From the IMG/VR virus record IMGVR_UViG_3300030333_008666, positions 1 to 64,000 of that record: a stretch of DNA of 64,000 nt; one strand, 5' to 3'. Position 1 is the stretch's first letter. Each line of letters opens with the position of its first letter. The DNA comes from a virus. Below the pieces are notes generated by a model. That model ran no database searches and was not told where the DNA came from. It saw nothing but the letters and a program-made list of their open reading frames with translations. Both the position numbers and the translations under genes were made by a program. Positions 19,960-29,742 of the stretch are shown here, in pieces.

Positions 19960-22900
19960 TGTTTATCTTTGCCTGATTTTGCCTTCTTCTTCTTCTTTTT
20001 GTCGTTCGGGTTCTCTGGCTTTTCCTCTTTCTTGTCCTTCTTGCTGGCTTCCTTGCCGGGTTCCTTTGGCTTTTCGTCGCCCTTTGGTGTTGGCATGCCG
20101 TTTTCATCCAGCTTGCCATTTTTAAAAGTTTTTCGGCTTGTCAAATGCGACTTTAGAGAACACTTCGCTAGATGCGGCCATTTCTTCAAGGCTTCTTTTG
20201 CCATCCATGCGGCTGGAACGGGAGAATGTTGAAATTTGGTTCTGCCGCGGCCTTTGTTGCCGTCACCACCTGCGATATATTGAGCCCAGATTGAAGCGTA
20301 GAAAGCTGTTTTTTGAGCCATACCCTTGGTGCGACAAATAACGTAATGTTCTATAAATGTTCCATCAGCGTGTGTGGGCCAACGGCCGTGCGAGGTTATC
20401 CCCTGTTGTGATGCTGCTTTTCCATTAACACCTCCCTTTCTCCAGTATCCTGTGGTGCCGCCGGTATTAGGATAATGTCCCCACTTAAAACTATTTGAGC
20501 CGGCTGGGTGTGAAGGAAACTTCATTGGAATCTTAAGCCCCTCCTCTGGCGGTGACTTCGATAAGTATTTAATCAACCTATAGACATTTTCACACTGAGT
20601 TATTGAAGGGCAAACATAGTGTTTATATTGTGCGCAGCGGGCTTCTGTGTTTAAGATGTAAGGGTGTTTTGGCAAGCCGGGGCCCATGCAGATCATATTA
20701 TTCCCTGCGCAAAGCAAAGCTGATTTTTTAAGCGAGGTTTTATATTTCCCCAAAGCCCATGGCAGTTGCACCTCAATTCCTATTGCAATGGAGTTGCACC
20801 AAGTAGCATGAGAACTTCTCCACATAACTGAATTGAGAGATTGATACGTTGTTCCGTTGCGCGACATCCAAAATTGAACGTTTGGTGTCAATTTAGCTTT
20901 GTGTATTCTTTTTTTATTGGCGCCAGGAGTAGGGCCGGGATAGCCGCCGGCCGTGGTGTGAATTACAAAAAGCGTTTTAATTGGATTCTTTTTCATATCC
21001 CACGTTCTCTCTTCAAATTCGCCTTTTTTCACTCGGGCAGGTCCCCAGCCGATTGGGGCGCGACGAGCAGATTTAACAAAGGGCAGCTTCACCGTTGGTT
21101 CGAACTCCTCCACTTTGTAGTTGCTCTTTTTAATAACGTTGCCGGCAGATCCGCCGCCTGCGGCCGCGGTACCATCGCCGCCTCCAAGTTGTCCGCAGTT
21201 AACTGCGCCGGCGCCGGCAGCTGCAGCTGTCTCGGACATTGGCTGTGTTGTGTCGGGGCCATGAGATGATTCTTTGAGTTTTGTTTTCCACTTTTCATTC
21301 TCGGTCGCCAGCTTTTGCTTCTCTTTTTGTCGCTCTTGTATATATTCTTTCAACGCTTGCTGTTCTTTAGATATTGCTGGGGTGCAAGGGTCATTGGCTG
21401 ATGCCGGCCGATCCGACCTACAGATATGCTGCAGTTCTTTCCAGCGTTCATCCTTTTCCTTCAATTCTTTATCTAGCTCGTCATCTTTAATCAAGTTCAT
21501 GACGATGGCCGCAGCATACACACTGGGGTCTTTTGTTTGCTCTCCGCTAGCAGCTTCGACTGATTGTGGTTTTTTTGGATCAGGCTTGGCGCCTTTTTCT
21601 TTTGCCATCTTGTTCACTTTGGCTTTAATATCCTCCATGGTGGCAATGTATTTGTTTTTTTCGTCGATTTTAAGCTTGTATGCTTCCTTCTGGGTTTTAT
21701 CTTGGTCTTTAAAGTTTTGTGGCCACTGCTGATAAGGGCCATGATTTTTTGTATTTATTTCTTTAAACTTTTCCATTGTCGCCCATAATGTTTCCGCTTG
21801 CTCAATGGCCTTATTTCGGTTTGCACGAGCCTCAACATAGGTATCTACAAGTTGCGCTACGGCCGGTGGAGTCTTGGCTGCCGTTTGTTTTGTCTTGGCG
21901 CTTGGCTTTTCAGTGCCGGCCGGATGCTCTTTGGTGTTGGAGCTGTCACCAGTCTTTTTTGGTTTTGGTGGGTCCTTCTTTGTAACTTTACTAGTATCTT
22001 GACCAGCTGCCACTTCTTTTGTTTTCACTTCAGCAATGTTAAGTTCGTTTCCTTTTGTGGTTCCCGCGTTGCGAATAACATCCCAGCGAGTGTCCTTGCC
22101 CCATTCATCAAAATGGTGATCTGCATTGTTCCAATCCCACCAGATAACAGCACCATCAGTGTAATCCATATAGAGTATTTCTTCTATCATCCTAGAAGGT
22201 GGCTTAGGACCGTGCGGTCTTACATCCCCACCTTTCCATCGGTTAAATCCCTTTCCGTAGGCGCCCATGCCAACATATACTGGCGAAAAACCAGCATCGC
22301 GGTGGCCTTTTATTTGTGTTTTGTGGAAATTGAAATCTTTATTAGTTTTGCCGCGGGCAGTATACACCTGCGGAATTGCAAAAATCTTAACATTCATCCC
22401 TGCTCTTTTCCCGGCTAGTGCAAATAAATTGTACCAGCCGCCGGGATCCTGACTACTTGATGGTTTTGCTTTTTTTGTATTAAAGCTCCACTTGTGCCGG
22501 CCATAGGGGACAATCTTAGAAAAACTAGTGAAACCAACCGAAAAGCCCGCATTATGGACCTCTTTTGTAAAGTGGTCAGCAAATTTTCTTATATGGCCCC
22601 AAGATAGCTTTTCAGTCGACTTTTCGGACCAAGTTTTCCCCTGTGCGACTCTATAAAACGTCTTTTCAGGATCGGTTATAATACCTGCACAACCCATAGC
22701 TTTTGCATATTTTATTGAAATTGCTGTATATTGCTCTGGGGCTTTTAAGGCACCATAGCCCGTTCCAGACCACAAAAAGGGTACAATGCCAACCTTGCGC
22801 AGCGCTTCGGCAGTTGCAACCATTTTTGCAAGTCTCTTTTTCCCCTTGGCTCCTTTTGTGCCGCTGATAACGGCGCCGTTTGCGGGAAGACGCAGCGCCA

Positions 22901-23789
22901 CCCAGCTTAGGCCAGCCCAAGCGGCTGTTTTCGCTAATTTTTCTGGAGTTTGTCCCCACTGTGCGCGATCATAAGTGAAGTGCGACTTGCCCTTTGGGCG
23001 CATGCGCTTGCCAACCAACGAAGGAAGTGGGCCGCGCCTGGGCAGTGGTGGAAGACCAGCGTTTGGCAGAGCAAATGATTTACCCGAAAATGCTAAGCCG
23101 TCCTTTCTATAATCTTTTCCGCCGCGGTCGGGTGTAGCCGGAGTGCCACCAAGTGGAGCACCAACACAAGGAAAAACGCCGGCGCCTTTTACCGCGCTCT
23201 GAATCATTGATCCAACCCAATCCGAAACAGGACTGACGTATACTCCTGTTGTTCTCTCATTGTTAACTTGGTAGTCGACCCAAACTAGATCGCCCACTTT
23301 TGGCTCTGGCAATGATGAATTTATTGCTGTAAAGACTGGGTGCATTTCAATAAGTTCCTCATCAGATGCATCGGGACTTAGTGGATTCTTGGGCGCCGGA
23401 AGGAATTCCAACTCTGGAATTCTGGCTCGTATTTGTACCAATTTTACCGCTGCGTTGCTATCACTGGTCGGATTTGTTTGTTCGACAATTGCACCGACCG
23501 AACCTTGGGCGCTGTCTGTGTCTTGTTTTGTTTTTTGAATCTTTAAAACTTCCGCCAAAAAAGGACCGGCAGTGTCCAAGTTACCTTGTTTATTAAAGTT
23601 CCTCGCAGCTTCAGTCCACATTTGGGCTGCGTCACCATTCTCGCTATACTTTCTACGAAAGGGGTCTTTTTTAAGAATACCAGCATTTAAGGAGCCGGCT
23701 GGGCGTGGGTATTGCCCCATGTCTCCAGTGGCTTGTTCTTTTGTTGTTGTGGTTGCAGTTTTCTTTATTTCCTTTTTTTTATCGGCCAC
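19956..23789 (-). CDS. Baseplate hub / tail-associated lysin: gp5-like OB fold + glycoside-hydrolase-like TIM barrel + N-acetylmuramoyl-L-alanine amidase (Amidase_2), 1,277 aa
   Basis: N-terminal IRARIPEL...PKVGDLVWVDY (gp5/VgrG OB fold). Central LSWVALR...GIITDPEK...AIPQVY (GH25-like DxE). C-terminal FVIHTTAG...SSHATWCNSIAIGIEV...ITSHG...HAD (Zn amidase). Confidence 0.72.
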   Translation of the reverse strand: MADKKKEIKKTATTTTKEQATGDMGQYPRPAGSLNAGILKKDPFRRKYSENGDAAQMWTEAARNFNKQGNLDTAGPFLAEVLKIQKTKQDTDSAQGSVGAIVEQTNPTSDSNAAVKLVQIRARIPELEFLPAPKNPLSPDASDEELIEMHPVFTAINSSLPEPKVGDLVWVDYQVNNERTTGVYVSPVSDWVGSMIQSAVKGAGVFPCVGAPLGGTPATPDRGGKDYRKDGLAFSGKSFALPNAGLPPLPRRGPLPSLVGKRMRPKGKSHFTYDRAQWGQTPEKLAKTAAWAGLSWVALRLPANGAVISGTKGAKGKKRLAKMVATAEALRKVGIVPFLWSGTGYGALKAPEQYTAISIKYAKAMGCAGIITDPEKTFYRVAQGKTWSEKSTEKLSWGHIRKFADHFTKEVHNAGFSVGFTSFSKIVPYGRHKWSFNTKKAKPSSSQDPGGWYNLFALAGKRAGMNVKIFAIPQVYTARGKTNKDFNFHKTQIKGHRDAGFSPVYVGMGAYGKGFNRWKGGDVRPHGPKPPSRMIEEILYMDYTDGAVIWWDWNNADHHFDEWGKDTRWDVIRNAGTTKGNELNIAEVKTKEVAAGQDTSKVTKKDPPKPKKTGDSSNTKEHPAGTEKPSAKTKQTAAKTPPAVAQLVDTYVEARANRNKAIEQAETLWATMEKFKEINTKNHGPYQQWPQNFKDQDKTQKEAYKLKIDEKNKYIATMEDIKAKVNKMAKEKGAKPDPKKPQSVEAASGEQTKDPSVYAAAIVMNLIKDDELDKELKEKDERWKELQHICRSDRPASANDPCTPAISKEQQALKEYIQERQKEKQKLATENEKWKTKLKESSHGPDTTQPMSETAAAAGAGAVNCGQLGGGDGTAAAGGGSAGNVIKKSNYKVEEFEPTVKLPFVKSARRAPIGWGPARVKKGEFEERTWDMKKNPIKTLFVIHTTAGGYPGPTPGANKKRIHKAKLTPNVQFWMSRNGTTYQSLNSVMWRSSHATWCNSIAIGIEVQLPWALGKYKTSLKKSALLCAGNNMICMGPGLPKHPYILNTEARCAQYKHYVCPSITQCENVYRLIKYLSKSPPEEGLKIPMKFPSHPAGSNSFKWGHYPNTGGTTGYWRKGGVNGKAASQQGITSHGRWPTHADGTFIEHYVICRTKGMAQKTAFYASIWAQYIAGGDGNKGRGRTKFQHSPVPAAWMAKEALKKWPHLAKCSLKSHLTSRKTFKNGKLDENGMPTPKGDEKPKEPGKEASKKDKKEEKPENPNDKKKKKKAKSGKDKQ

Positions 23790-24098
23790 TTACGACGTCT
23801 CCTGTATAATGTCAAAAAGCTCCGACTTGTCAGCCTCTGAAAGATTTTCCGACGCCTTGTTCTTCTTTTGCAGAAGTGCTGAAACTTTGACCAGTTGCTC
23901 GTTTGAGCGTTGCAGCGTTTCTACGTACTTTGCCGCAATTATGCCTAGATTTTTATGTGCTTCTGAAGTTGATGTGTTTTTTATTTCAGACATCAAATCA
24001 ACCAACAGATTGTTGGTGATTGCTCGATCATCTCTTATATTGCGAATCGCTTCACTTAAGAAAGATTCGATATCCTCTACATTATCTCGTTGTCCCAT
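23790..24098 (-). CDS. Hypothetical helical phage protein, 102 aa (weak resemblance to small-terminase oligomerisation helices)
   Basis: Tightly packed ORF with an amphipathic helix (IAAKYVETLQRSNEQLVKV). Function not established. Confidence 0.6.
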   Translation of the reverse strand: MGQRDNVEDIESFLSEAIRNIRDDRAITNNLLVDLMSEIKNTSTSEAHKNLGIIAAKYVETLQRSNEQLVKVSALLQKKNKASENLSEADKSELFDIIQETS

Positions 24099-24787
24099 TT
24101 GCGCTTAAATTCCCTATACTTAACTCTCATCTTATTCAAGTTGTTAACAACCTGCTTTGTGTTGAGGCCTGTAATTTCTCTTATGTATAGGTAAATAGCT
24201 TTTTTATTAAAAATTTCTATGTTGTTGGAGTTTTCAAATAAAATTTTAATTGCGCTTAAGACCTTCTTCTCGTTATCTTTTAAGTTGACTTTTTCCCATT
24301 GTTCAATTTCCTTGTAGAGGTGCAGCCAAAATTCTTTATCCGCTCTTTTGTCAAAGTAATCATTGTGCGCAACCATCTGCTCGTGCTCAATATCCTTTTT
24401 GAGATCCTCATAATGAACCTCCCGGCGAGTTTGTTGTGCATTCTTCTTAACCTTGTGAATGAACCAGTTCTTGGTTATAATACTGAAATATGAAAAAGCT
24501 TTTGAGCCTCTATCCGGATCAAATTTGTCTAGGATCGTGGTAAGCCATATCTTACACTCTTCCTTTAGGCTGTCAATGTTTGGCAAAGTATTAAACTTGT
24601 AAGTGTAAATGATCTTATCGACCATCTCGTCAAAAACGGGCCCTATGTAATCAATATACAACCGTGTTCGAATCTTAACATCTTTTGTTGCTGCATATTG
24701 TACAATTGCGTCCTGATGGACCTTTGTAAAATAATGATTCTTTTTTGAACGTTTTCTTGGCAAACCTCTACTCTTCCTCCATTTCAA
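24077..24787 (-). CDS. Phage RNA polymerase sigma factor (T4 gp55-like late sigma), 236 aa
   Basis: NHYFT...LDKFDPDRGSKAFSYFSIITKNWFIHKVKK matches sigma region 2 as seen in gp55-like proteins. C-terminal HTH-like IREITGLNTKQVVNNL. Confidence 0.8.
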   Translation of the reverse strand: MKWRKSRGLPRKRSKKNHYFTKVHQDAIVQYAATKDVKIRTRLYIDYIGPVFDEMVDKIIYTYKFNTLPNIDSLKEECKIWLTTILDKFDPDRGSKAFSYFSIITKNWFIHKVKKNAQQTRREVHYEDLKKDIEHEQMVAHNDYFDKRADKEFWLHLYKEIEQWEKVNLKDNEKKVLSAIKILFENSNNIEIFNKKAIYLYIREITGLNTKQVVNNLNKMRVKYREFKRKWDNEIM

Positions 24788-25082
24788 ACTCTTCTTCTAG
24801 TTCGTCTTCTTCAAGAACAATTGAATCTGAATATATTGACTTGTATGATCGCAACTCCGTTTGAAATTGGCGTGTGTGGTTCATCAAGTGCATTAAAGTT
24901 TCGTCGCCGAAAAACATATCCGAATTGTATACTTGTTCCGTGTGTTCGCTAAGCTGATCAACAGACTCTAGAAGGTCATCTGTATTCTCTGCAATAAAAA
25001 ACATTTTTCTTAACAGGAAGAACACATATGCTAACAAGAGCGCATTTGATATCAACGATATAATAACTACTATCTCTAACAT
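24768..25082 (-). CDS. Hypothetical membrane-anchored protein, 104 aa
   Basis: N-terminal hydrophobic helix (IVVIISLISNALLLAYVFFLL) followed by an acidic helical tail. Confidence 0.7.
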   Translation of the reverse strand: MLEIVVIISLISNALLLAYVFFLLRKMFFIAENTDDLLESVDQLSEHTEQVYNSDMFFGDETLMHLMNHTRQFQTELRSYKSIYSDSIVLEEDELEEEFEMEEE

Positions 25083-25351
25083 TCTTTCTTATAATCCTTG
25101 TTTTGAACGGCGCGCTTGTGACCCTTAAGATCCTCTGCGGCTTCCTCTATGAACGAATTCACTAACTCGCCCGGCTTTCCTTTGGAGTCCCCAGGAGAAC
25201 TGTCTGTCTTCAATGTAAGAAAATGAGATGGCAAGCGAACAAGGGATCCCTCTGTATTACACTTCTCGCAATCCAACAGCTTCTCTTTCATTGAGTGTCG
25301 AACTTCAATGCGAGCATTACACTCGCGGCAAGAATAGGTATAAAAGGGCAT
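25076..25351 (-). CDS. FmdB-family zinc-ribbon protein, ~91 aa
   Basis: MPFYTYSCRECN...CEKC matches the FmdB MPxYxYxCxxC...CxxC pattern. Start moved to the ATG at 25351. Confidence 0.85.
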   Translation of the reverse strand: MPFYTYSCRECNARIEVRHSMKEKLLDCEKCNTEGSLVRLPSHFLTLKTDSSPGDSKGKPGELVNSFIEEAAEDLKGHKRAVQNKDYKKEC

Positions 25352-25355
25352 GGTG

Positions 25356-25601
25356 TTAGTCCGTGGCTGGAATGTTAAGATCATCGTCGCCCTCGTCATC
25401 ATATGTGCCGTGTAGGACGGGCGGGTTCATCACCATTAACCCGTTTTCAGATAGGCGAAATTTAAACTCGCTCAGAAGTGGCACGATGTCCTGCTGGTTC
25501 ATTAAAGAACGTTGCAAAGCCATCATAATGGCCCCTAACGCTTGACTCGATAAAGTCATGTCTTTGGTTTCGGTTTTTTTTGCGGTTGTTTTACTGCTCA
25601 T
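25356..25601 (-). CDS. Hypothetical protein, 81 aa
   Basis: Packed in operon order, overlapping the upstream gene and preceded by a GAGGAG RBS. Confidence 0.7.
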   Translation of the reverse strand: MSSKTTAKKTETKDMTLSSQALGAIMMALQRSLMNQQDIVPLLSEFKFRLSENGLMVMNPPVLHGTYDDEGDDDLNIPATD

Positions 25602-25908
25602 TGCTTTTCTCCTCTTTTTTAAAATATTCTAAAGCATTAATCGACTTGTCGTCGATATATAAATCATAATGAGGCTTTCCCAATATCAGATCGTGATGCT
25701 TCGCGCCCCACTCTTTTAGTTGTGCGGCGGTTAGATCATACCAGTCCAACTTGGTTACACTTCCTCTCGCGGTCCAATAAACAATGGTATTCCCCTCGTC
25801 AAAGAGGCGATTAATTGTAGCCACATTATCCAAGATCGGCTGTGCCGTCTCGTATTTCCCCTGCGTGTTGTTGCAAATAGTGCCATCAATATCAACGAAT
25901 ATAATCAT
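25591..25908 (-). CDS. Small HAD-superfamily phosphatase (capsule-biosynthesis type), 105 aa
   Basis: DIDGT motif I, WTAR motif II, KP...YIDDK motifs III/IV. Confidence 0.85.
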   Translation of the reverse strand: MIIFVDIDGTICNNTQGKYETAQPILDNVATINRLFDEGNTIVYWTARGSVTKLDWYDLTAAQLKEWGAKHHDLILGKPHYDLYIDDKSINALEYFKKEEKSNEQ

Positions 25909-26294
25909 TTTTTCTCCAATATGTTCGTTGTCGAGTATCCAGATATACGGTCAAAGAAATTAACTTTCCCTGCATATTCACCGCCGACAACTTCTTTCCC
26001 CTTCCAATCCGAACCTACAACAAGTATATCAGGTTTGAGATTTTTTATTAAGGATTCTAGCGCATTTCTTGAATCAAATTCAAGCACTTCATCGATGTAA
26101 GTTATTGATTCTAACACGAATTTTCTATCTTCTAGATTATTAAAGGGGCGATCTGACCCTTTATCTGCTTTCACTTTCTCATCTGTATCTAGGCCGACTA
26201 ACAAGCGATCTCCGAGGGAACTAGCATACTTAAAAAGCTCTATGTGGCCGCGGTGCAACACATCAAAACAGCCATTTGTCCATACTGTTCTCAT
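25905..26294 (-). CDS. Cytidylyltransferase-like sugar nucleotidyltransferase (HldE/RfaE domain II-like), ~129 aa
   Basis: TNGCFDVLHRGH (HxGH), LLVGLDTD, KGSDRPFN, YSTTNI. Start set at ATG 26294. Confidence 0.88.
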   Translation of the reverse strand: MRTVWTNGCFDVLHRGHIELFKYASSLGDRLLVGLDTDEKVKADKGSDRPFNNLEDRKFVLESITYIDEVLEFDSRNALESLIKNLKPDILVVGSDWKGKEVVGGEYAGKVNFFDRISGYSTTNILEKK

Positions 26295-27037
26295 ATGATG
26301 CTGACGCCTCTCTTTTGTACAACTGCTGTGGCACACTCGTTTGCAAAGGTAATTGCGGAATTGATGTCATTCTTGCGCAAAAAGTTAACAGTCAGTGCTG
26401 CGATAAAAGTGTCACCAGCGCCTGAAGAATCCTTCATTTCCACTGGGGAAACTGGAAACTTTTCTCCTTTGTGCATGCATCCTTCCGATCCGAGGGTTAC
26501 AATCAATTTTTCGTACATTTCTGCGCTTATCAAGTGCTTTGTGCGCGCATGTTCAAAATAATTAATTTTTATATACTTGATATCATCCGCCCAGTTGCCC
26601 AGAAGCCGCTTCGTATCCAAAAACACATTGTCGTGCAGTTTTGAAATCTCTTGAATTTTCTCCTCGTTCAAGAAACCTTTGCAGTAATCTGAAACGATTA
26701 CGGCACCATATTCGCCGAAGTCTCTTTTTCTGACTTCTGCCATGTCAACCGGCCGGACGTTTTCTTCGTTTTCATCGATGCGCAAAAGCATTTGATTCGT
26801 CTTATCGTCGATGAATCTAGACTTCTTTACACTCTCCCAATCTGCATTTGTGATAATATCGACATCAACACCCAGTGAGAGTACGTTGTTCATAACGTGC
26901 ATCGCCATGCCGGGGCTTTCGACAGTCCTTAGTGAATTAAAAACTGGCACTGGTGCATCCGGACAAAGCCGGTCACAGCGACCGTAATTAAAAACATCCC
27001 TGCAGCTTTCGCCTATGACTAAGATTCGCTTTTCCAT
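26291..27037 (-). CDS. PfkB-family sugar kinase (HldE/RfaE domain I-like heptose-7-phosphate kinase), 248 aa
   Basis: ILVIGE...RLCPDAPVPV, SDYCKG and DSSGAGDTF motifs of the RfaE kinase domain. Confidence 0.88.
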   Translation of the reverse strand: MEKRILVIGESCRDVFNYGRCDRLCPDAPVPVFNSLRTVESPGMAMHVMNNVLSLGVDVDIITNADWESVKKSRFIDDKTNQMLLRIDENEENVRPVDMAEVRKRDFGEYGAVIVSDYCKGFLNEEKIQEISKLHDNVFLDTKRLLGNWADDIKYIKINYFEHARTKHLISAEMYEKLIVTLGSEGCMHKGEKFPVSPVEMKDSSGAGDTFIAALTVNFLRKNDINSAITFANECATAVVQKRGVSII

Positions 27038-28044
27038 TACCTAGATAAAAATTTCCTTCCTTTTGAGACGCGATGGCGCCAATATTCGAGAAGATCAGCC
27101 ATTGTCTTTTCGAATGGTATTGTTGGCTCCCAACCTGTATGTTTTTTAAACTTTGTTGTATCCGGCACCTGCAGATCTGCATCTATTGGTCGAAGTCTTT
27201 CCGGGTCGGTTACAATTTCAATGTTTTTAACTGTCGACAAACCCACGAGATGATCCAACATATCACCCACAGTGCAAGAGTATGTGCCGCCAATGTTGTA
27301 GTATTCACCGGCAATGGGATTCCTTGTTACCAAAAGATAATACGCCCTCACCGCATCTCTAACATCTGACCACGTTCGAAGCGAATCAAGGTTGCCGACT
27401 TTGATGGCTGGTGGGAGCATGCCGGCCTCGATCATAGCAATTTGCTTCGCAAAAGTTGACTCTGCAAATACGTCGCCGCGGCGTGGGCCAGTGTGTGTAA
27501 ACATGCGAGTTGTCATGATAGTCATATCATAAGCTTCCGCATAATAACGGCCAACCAAATCCGTGCCAACTTTAGATATAGCATATGGAGATGCTGGATG
27601 GAACGATACTTCTTCATTAATTGGCAAGAATTCTTTTGGCACTCTTCCAAATACCTCAGACGATGCGCAAACATGTACGACTGGTTTAAGATCTTGTTGT
27701 CGGAGCGCCTCCAAGAGCTTTGCTGTGCCGAGTATATTTGTTTCCAGGGTCTCCAGCGGCGCCGTAAAACTAGTTTGCGGATAGCTTTGTGCAGCCAGGT
27801 GAAAAACATAATCTGGTGCACTGTCTTTTAATGCGCCTTGTATGCTGGCGAAATCGTTAAGATCTCCGTAGATCAGCTGCAGTTGTTCTTTTTTATTAAT
27901 TGTTTCGAACAGATGCTCAAGGTTCTCTAGATTGTCATTCCATCGACAAAAGCCGTAGATCTTCCAGTCGGTGTTCTCCAGTAGAAAATCTGCCAGATGA
28001 GAACCTACCATGCCGGTGATGCCTGTTATAAACGCCTTTTTCAT
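27037..28044 (-). CDS. gmd: GDP-mannose / GDP-manno-heptose 4,6-dehydratase (Gmd family, DmhA/DdahA-like), 335 aa
   Basis: ITGITGMVGSHLA, HLAAQS, SSEVFG, SPYAISK, LRPIDAD. THTGPRRGDVFAESTFAKQIA resembles the heptose-specific DmhA subgroup as I recall it. Confidence 0.85.
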   Translation of the reverse strand: MKKAFITGITGMVGSHLADFLLENTDWKIYGFCRWNDNLENLEHLFETINKKEQLQLIYGDLNDFASIQGALKDSAPDYVFHLAAQSYPQTSFTAPLETLETNILGTAKLLEALRQQDLKPVVHVCASSEVFGRVPKEFLPINEEVSFHPASPYAISKVGTDLVGRYYAEAYDMTIMTTRMFTHTGPRRGDVFAESTFAKQIAMIEAGMLPPAIKVGNLDSLRTWSDVRDAVRAYYLLVTRNPIAGEYYNIGGTYSCTVGDMLDHLVGLSTVKNIEIVTDPERLRPIDADLQVPDTTKFKKHTGWEPTIPFEKTMADLLEYWRHRVSKGRKFLSR

Positions 28045-29003
28045 AGTAAGTTCTCTCGGTACCAGTCTAGGGTCATATCGATTCCCTTGTCTAAAGAAAT
28101 CTTAGGCTCCCAACCAAAATCTTGTTTTGCCTTTTCGCAATCCAAAAAGAGGCTAGTTTTTATTGTTGGCTGTGAGAGATCTTTTTTAAGCTCAAGCTCT
28201 TTCCCGCTCGCTTTGATGATCTTTTTAACCAATGAGTCAATTGTCACAGCCTCACCCAAACCAACATTGTAAAGCTCGTAAGGTGTTTGTTGTTGCTTGA
28301 TTGCTGCATCAATAAACGCGATCAAATCGTCAACGTGCAGAAGGTCTCTCTTCTCTTCGCCAGTTCCCCACATTGTAACTTCATTCTCTGCTGTCATCAC
28401 TTTGGTGACGGTAGCCCCGAACACGTGGCTCTTTTCCAAGTCATATTTATCATGAGGGCCGTAGATGTTTGAGTGCCTCAATACCGTGTGTTTGGTTCTG
28501 CCCAATCTAGAGTAAAACTCGCACATTTTTTCAATATAAACTTTAGTGTTTCCGACTCCAAAATACTTTGATAGTAACTCATCATTGCTGTTAAAGTCAC
28601 TCTCTTTCAATGCATCATCAGATGGCTGGTACATAACAGTGCAACTAGGAAATATAAAGTGCTCTACGCCATTTTCGTATGCGCTGCGCAAGAGCAAAGA
28701 ATTCATGACCGCATTATCTGTGACGTGAATGTAGGGCTTTGTTGTGATATCCTTTGCGCCGCTGGTAGTTGCAGCAAACTGCAAGACGATATCAACGTCT
28801 CGCGTTACATATTCTACATACTGCGGCACATTCAAATCTGCATATATCCACCTAACATTTGGATATTCAGCGCGCAACTTAAGGCCGGCGCCTTTAAAAT
28901 ATGTCGCATGTAGATCATATTCTTTATGCTTGGAATAATACTCCAAAAGATTTCTTCCAATAAAACCAGTGGCACCGCAAAGCAATATTGTTTTTTTACT
29001 CAT
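28041..29003 (-). CDS. NAD(P)-dependent epimerase/reductase (GDP-L-fucose synthase-like C4 reductase), 320 aa
   Basis: GATGFIG, SNIYGPHD...SHV, WGTGEEKRDLLHVDD. Confidence 0.82.
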   Translation of the reverse strand: MSKKTILLCGATGFIGRNLLEYYSKHKEYDLHATYFKGAGLKLRAEYPNVRWIYADLNVPQYVEYVTRDVDIVLQFAATTSGAKDITTKPYIHVTDNAVMNSLLLRSAYENGVEHFIFPSCTVMYQPSDDALKESDFNSNDELLSKYFGVGNTKVYIEKMCEFYSRLGRTKHTVLRHSNIYGPHDKYDLEKSHVFGATVTKVMTAENEVTMWGTGEEKRDLLHVDDLIAFIDAAIKQQQTPYELYNVGLGEAVTIDSLVKKIIKASGKELELKKDLSQPTIKTSLFLDCEKAKQDFGWEPKISLDKGIDMTLDWYRENLL

Positions 29004-29742
29004 TTATATTCTCACTATAAAATTCTTCTATAACTTCTTCCGACGTTTTGTTAACCTCTGGTAAAATATTCACTATTCTTGAATTCGACAGGCGTGATGG
29101 GGTCATGTAAATATAATTCCCAAAACTAGCCTCGCTGTCAAACTTTTGGTCAATATCTGATAAAAATACCTCGGTGGATGACACAAAATCTACAACTCCC
29201 GTCGTCTCATCATATAAAACTTTCGAAAGCACCTTTAGTATATCACTTTGCAGGATATAATTAAAGTTTGATGACCCTGCCAAGCTCAATTTTGTATTTT
29301 TTTCAAACAATAGTTTAGTTAATGAATTCGGGCGCATAGAGTTTCCCACTATCGCTGAACATCTCAAGATTAATGGCTTAGTCGCGTGCTCTTGTACAAC
29401 GCTCTCTGCCATGAGTTTGGTGAGTTTATAATTGGTAGACTCGGGTCGATAAACATCAATTGAAGAAAAATATATAAACTTTCTATGTGGTATTTCTGTC
29501 AACTCTTTTGTTAACAAAATATTATCCTGCAAATACTGGTACCAGTCTCCAATGTGTCTTTTTGAGTTAAATGCGCAGTGTACTATTGCATCAAAGCAAT
29601 TATTGCGATAATCTAAAAGCACCTGCGTGCGATTCTCTCTTGTTAGAGCGACACACCCTAAGTTTTGCGACAGGTATTTTCCCAAGCCGCTAGAGGCGCC
29701 TGTAATTAATATATTATTTTTTAAAGGCGTTGAATCTTTCAT
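28996..29742 (-). CDS. NAD-dependent epimerase/dehydratase family protein, ~248 aa
   Basis: ILITGASSGLG, FSSIDVY, YKLTK (YxxxK). Start trimmed to ATG 29742. Confidence 0.78.
   Translation of the reverse strand: MKDSTPLKNNILITGASSGLGKYLSQNLGCVALTRENRTQVLLDYRNNCFDAIVHCAFNSKRHIGDWYQYLQDNILLTKELTEIPHRKFIYFSSIDVYRPESTNYKLTKLMAESVVQEHATKPLILRCSAIVGNSMRPNSLTKLLFEKNTKLSLAGSSNFNYILQSDILKVLSKVLYDETTGVVDFVSSTEVFLSDIDQKFDSEASFGNYIYMTPSRLSNSRIVNILPEVNKTSEEVIEEFYSENINE

Noticed and set aside
7983-23789. Baseplate genes as a bacterial eCIS, T6SS or tailocin locus
   Set aside because: The context (gp55-like sigma, phoH, short deformylase, tmRNA, single-strand dense layout, no housekeeping operons) fits a large phage.
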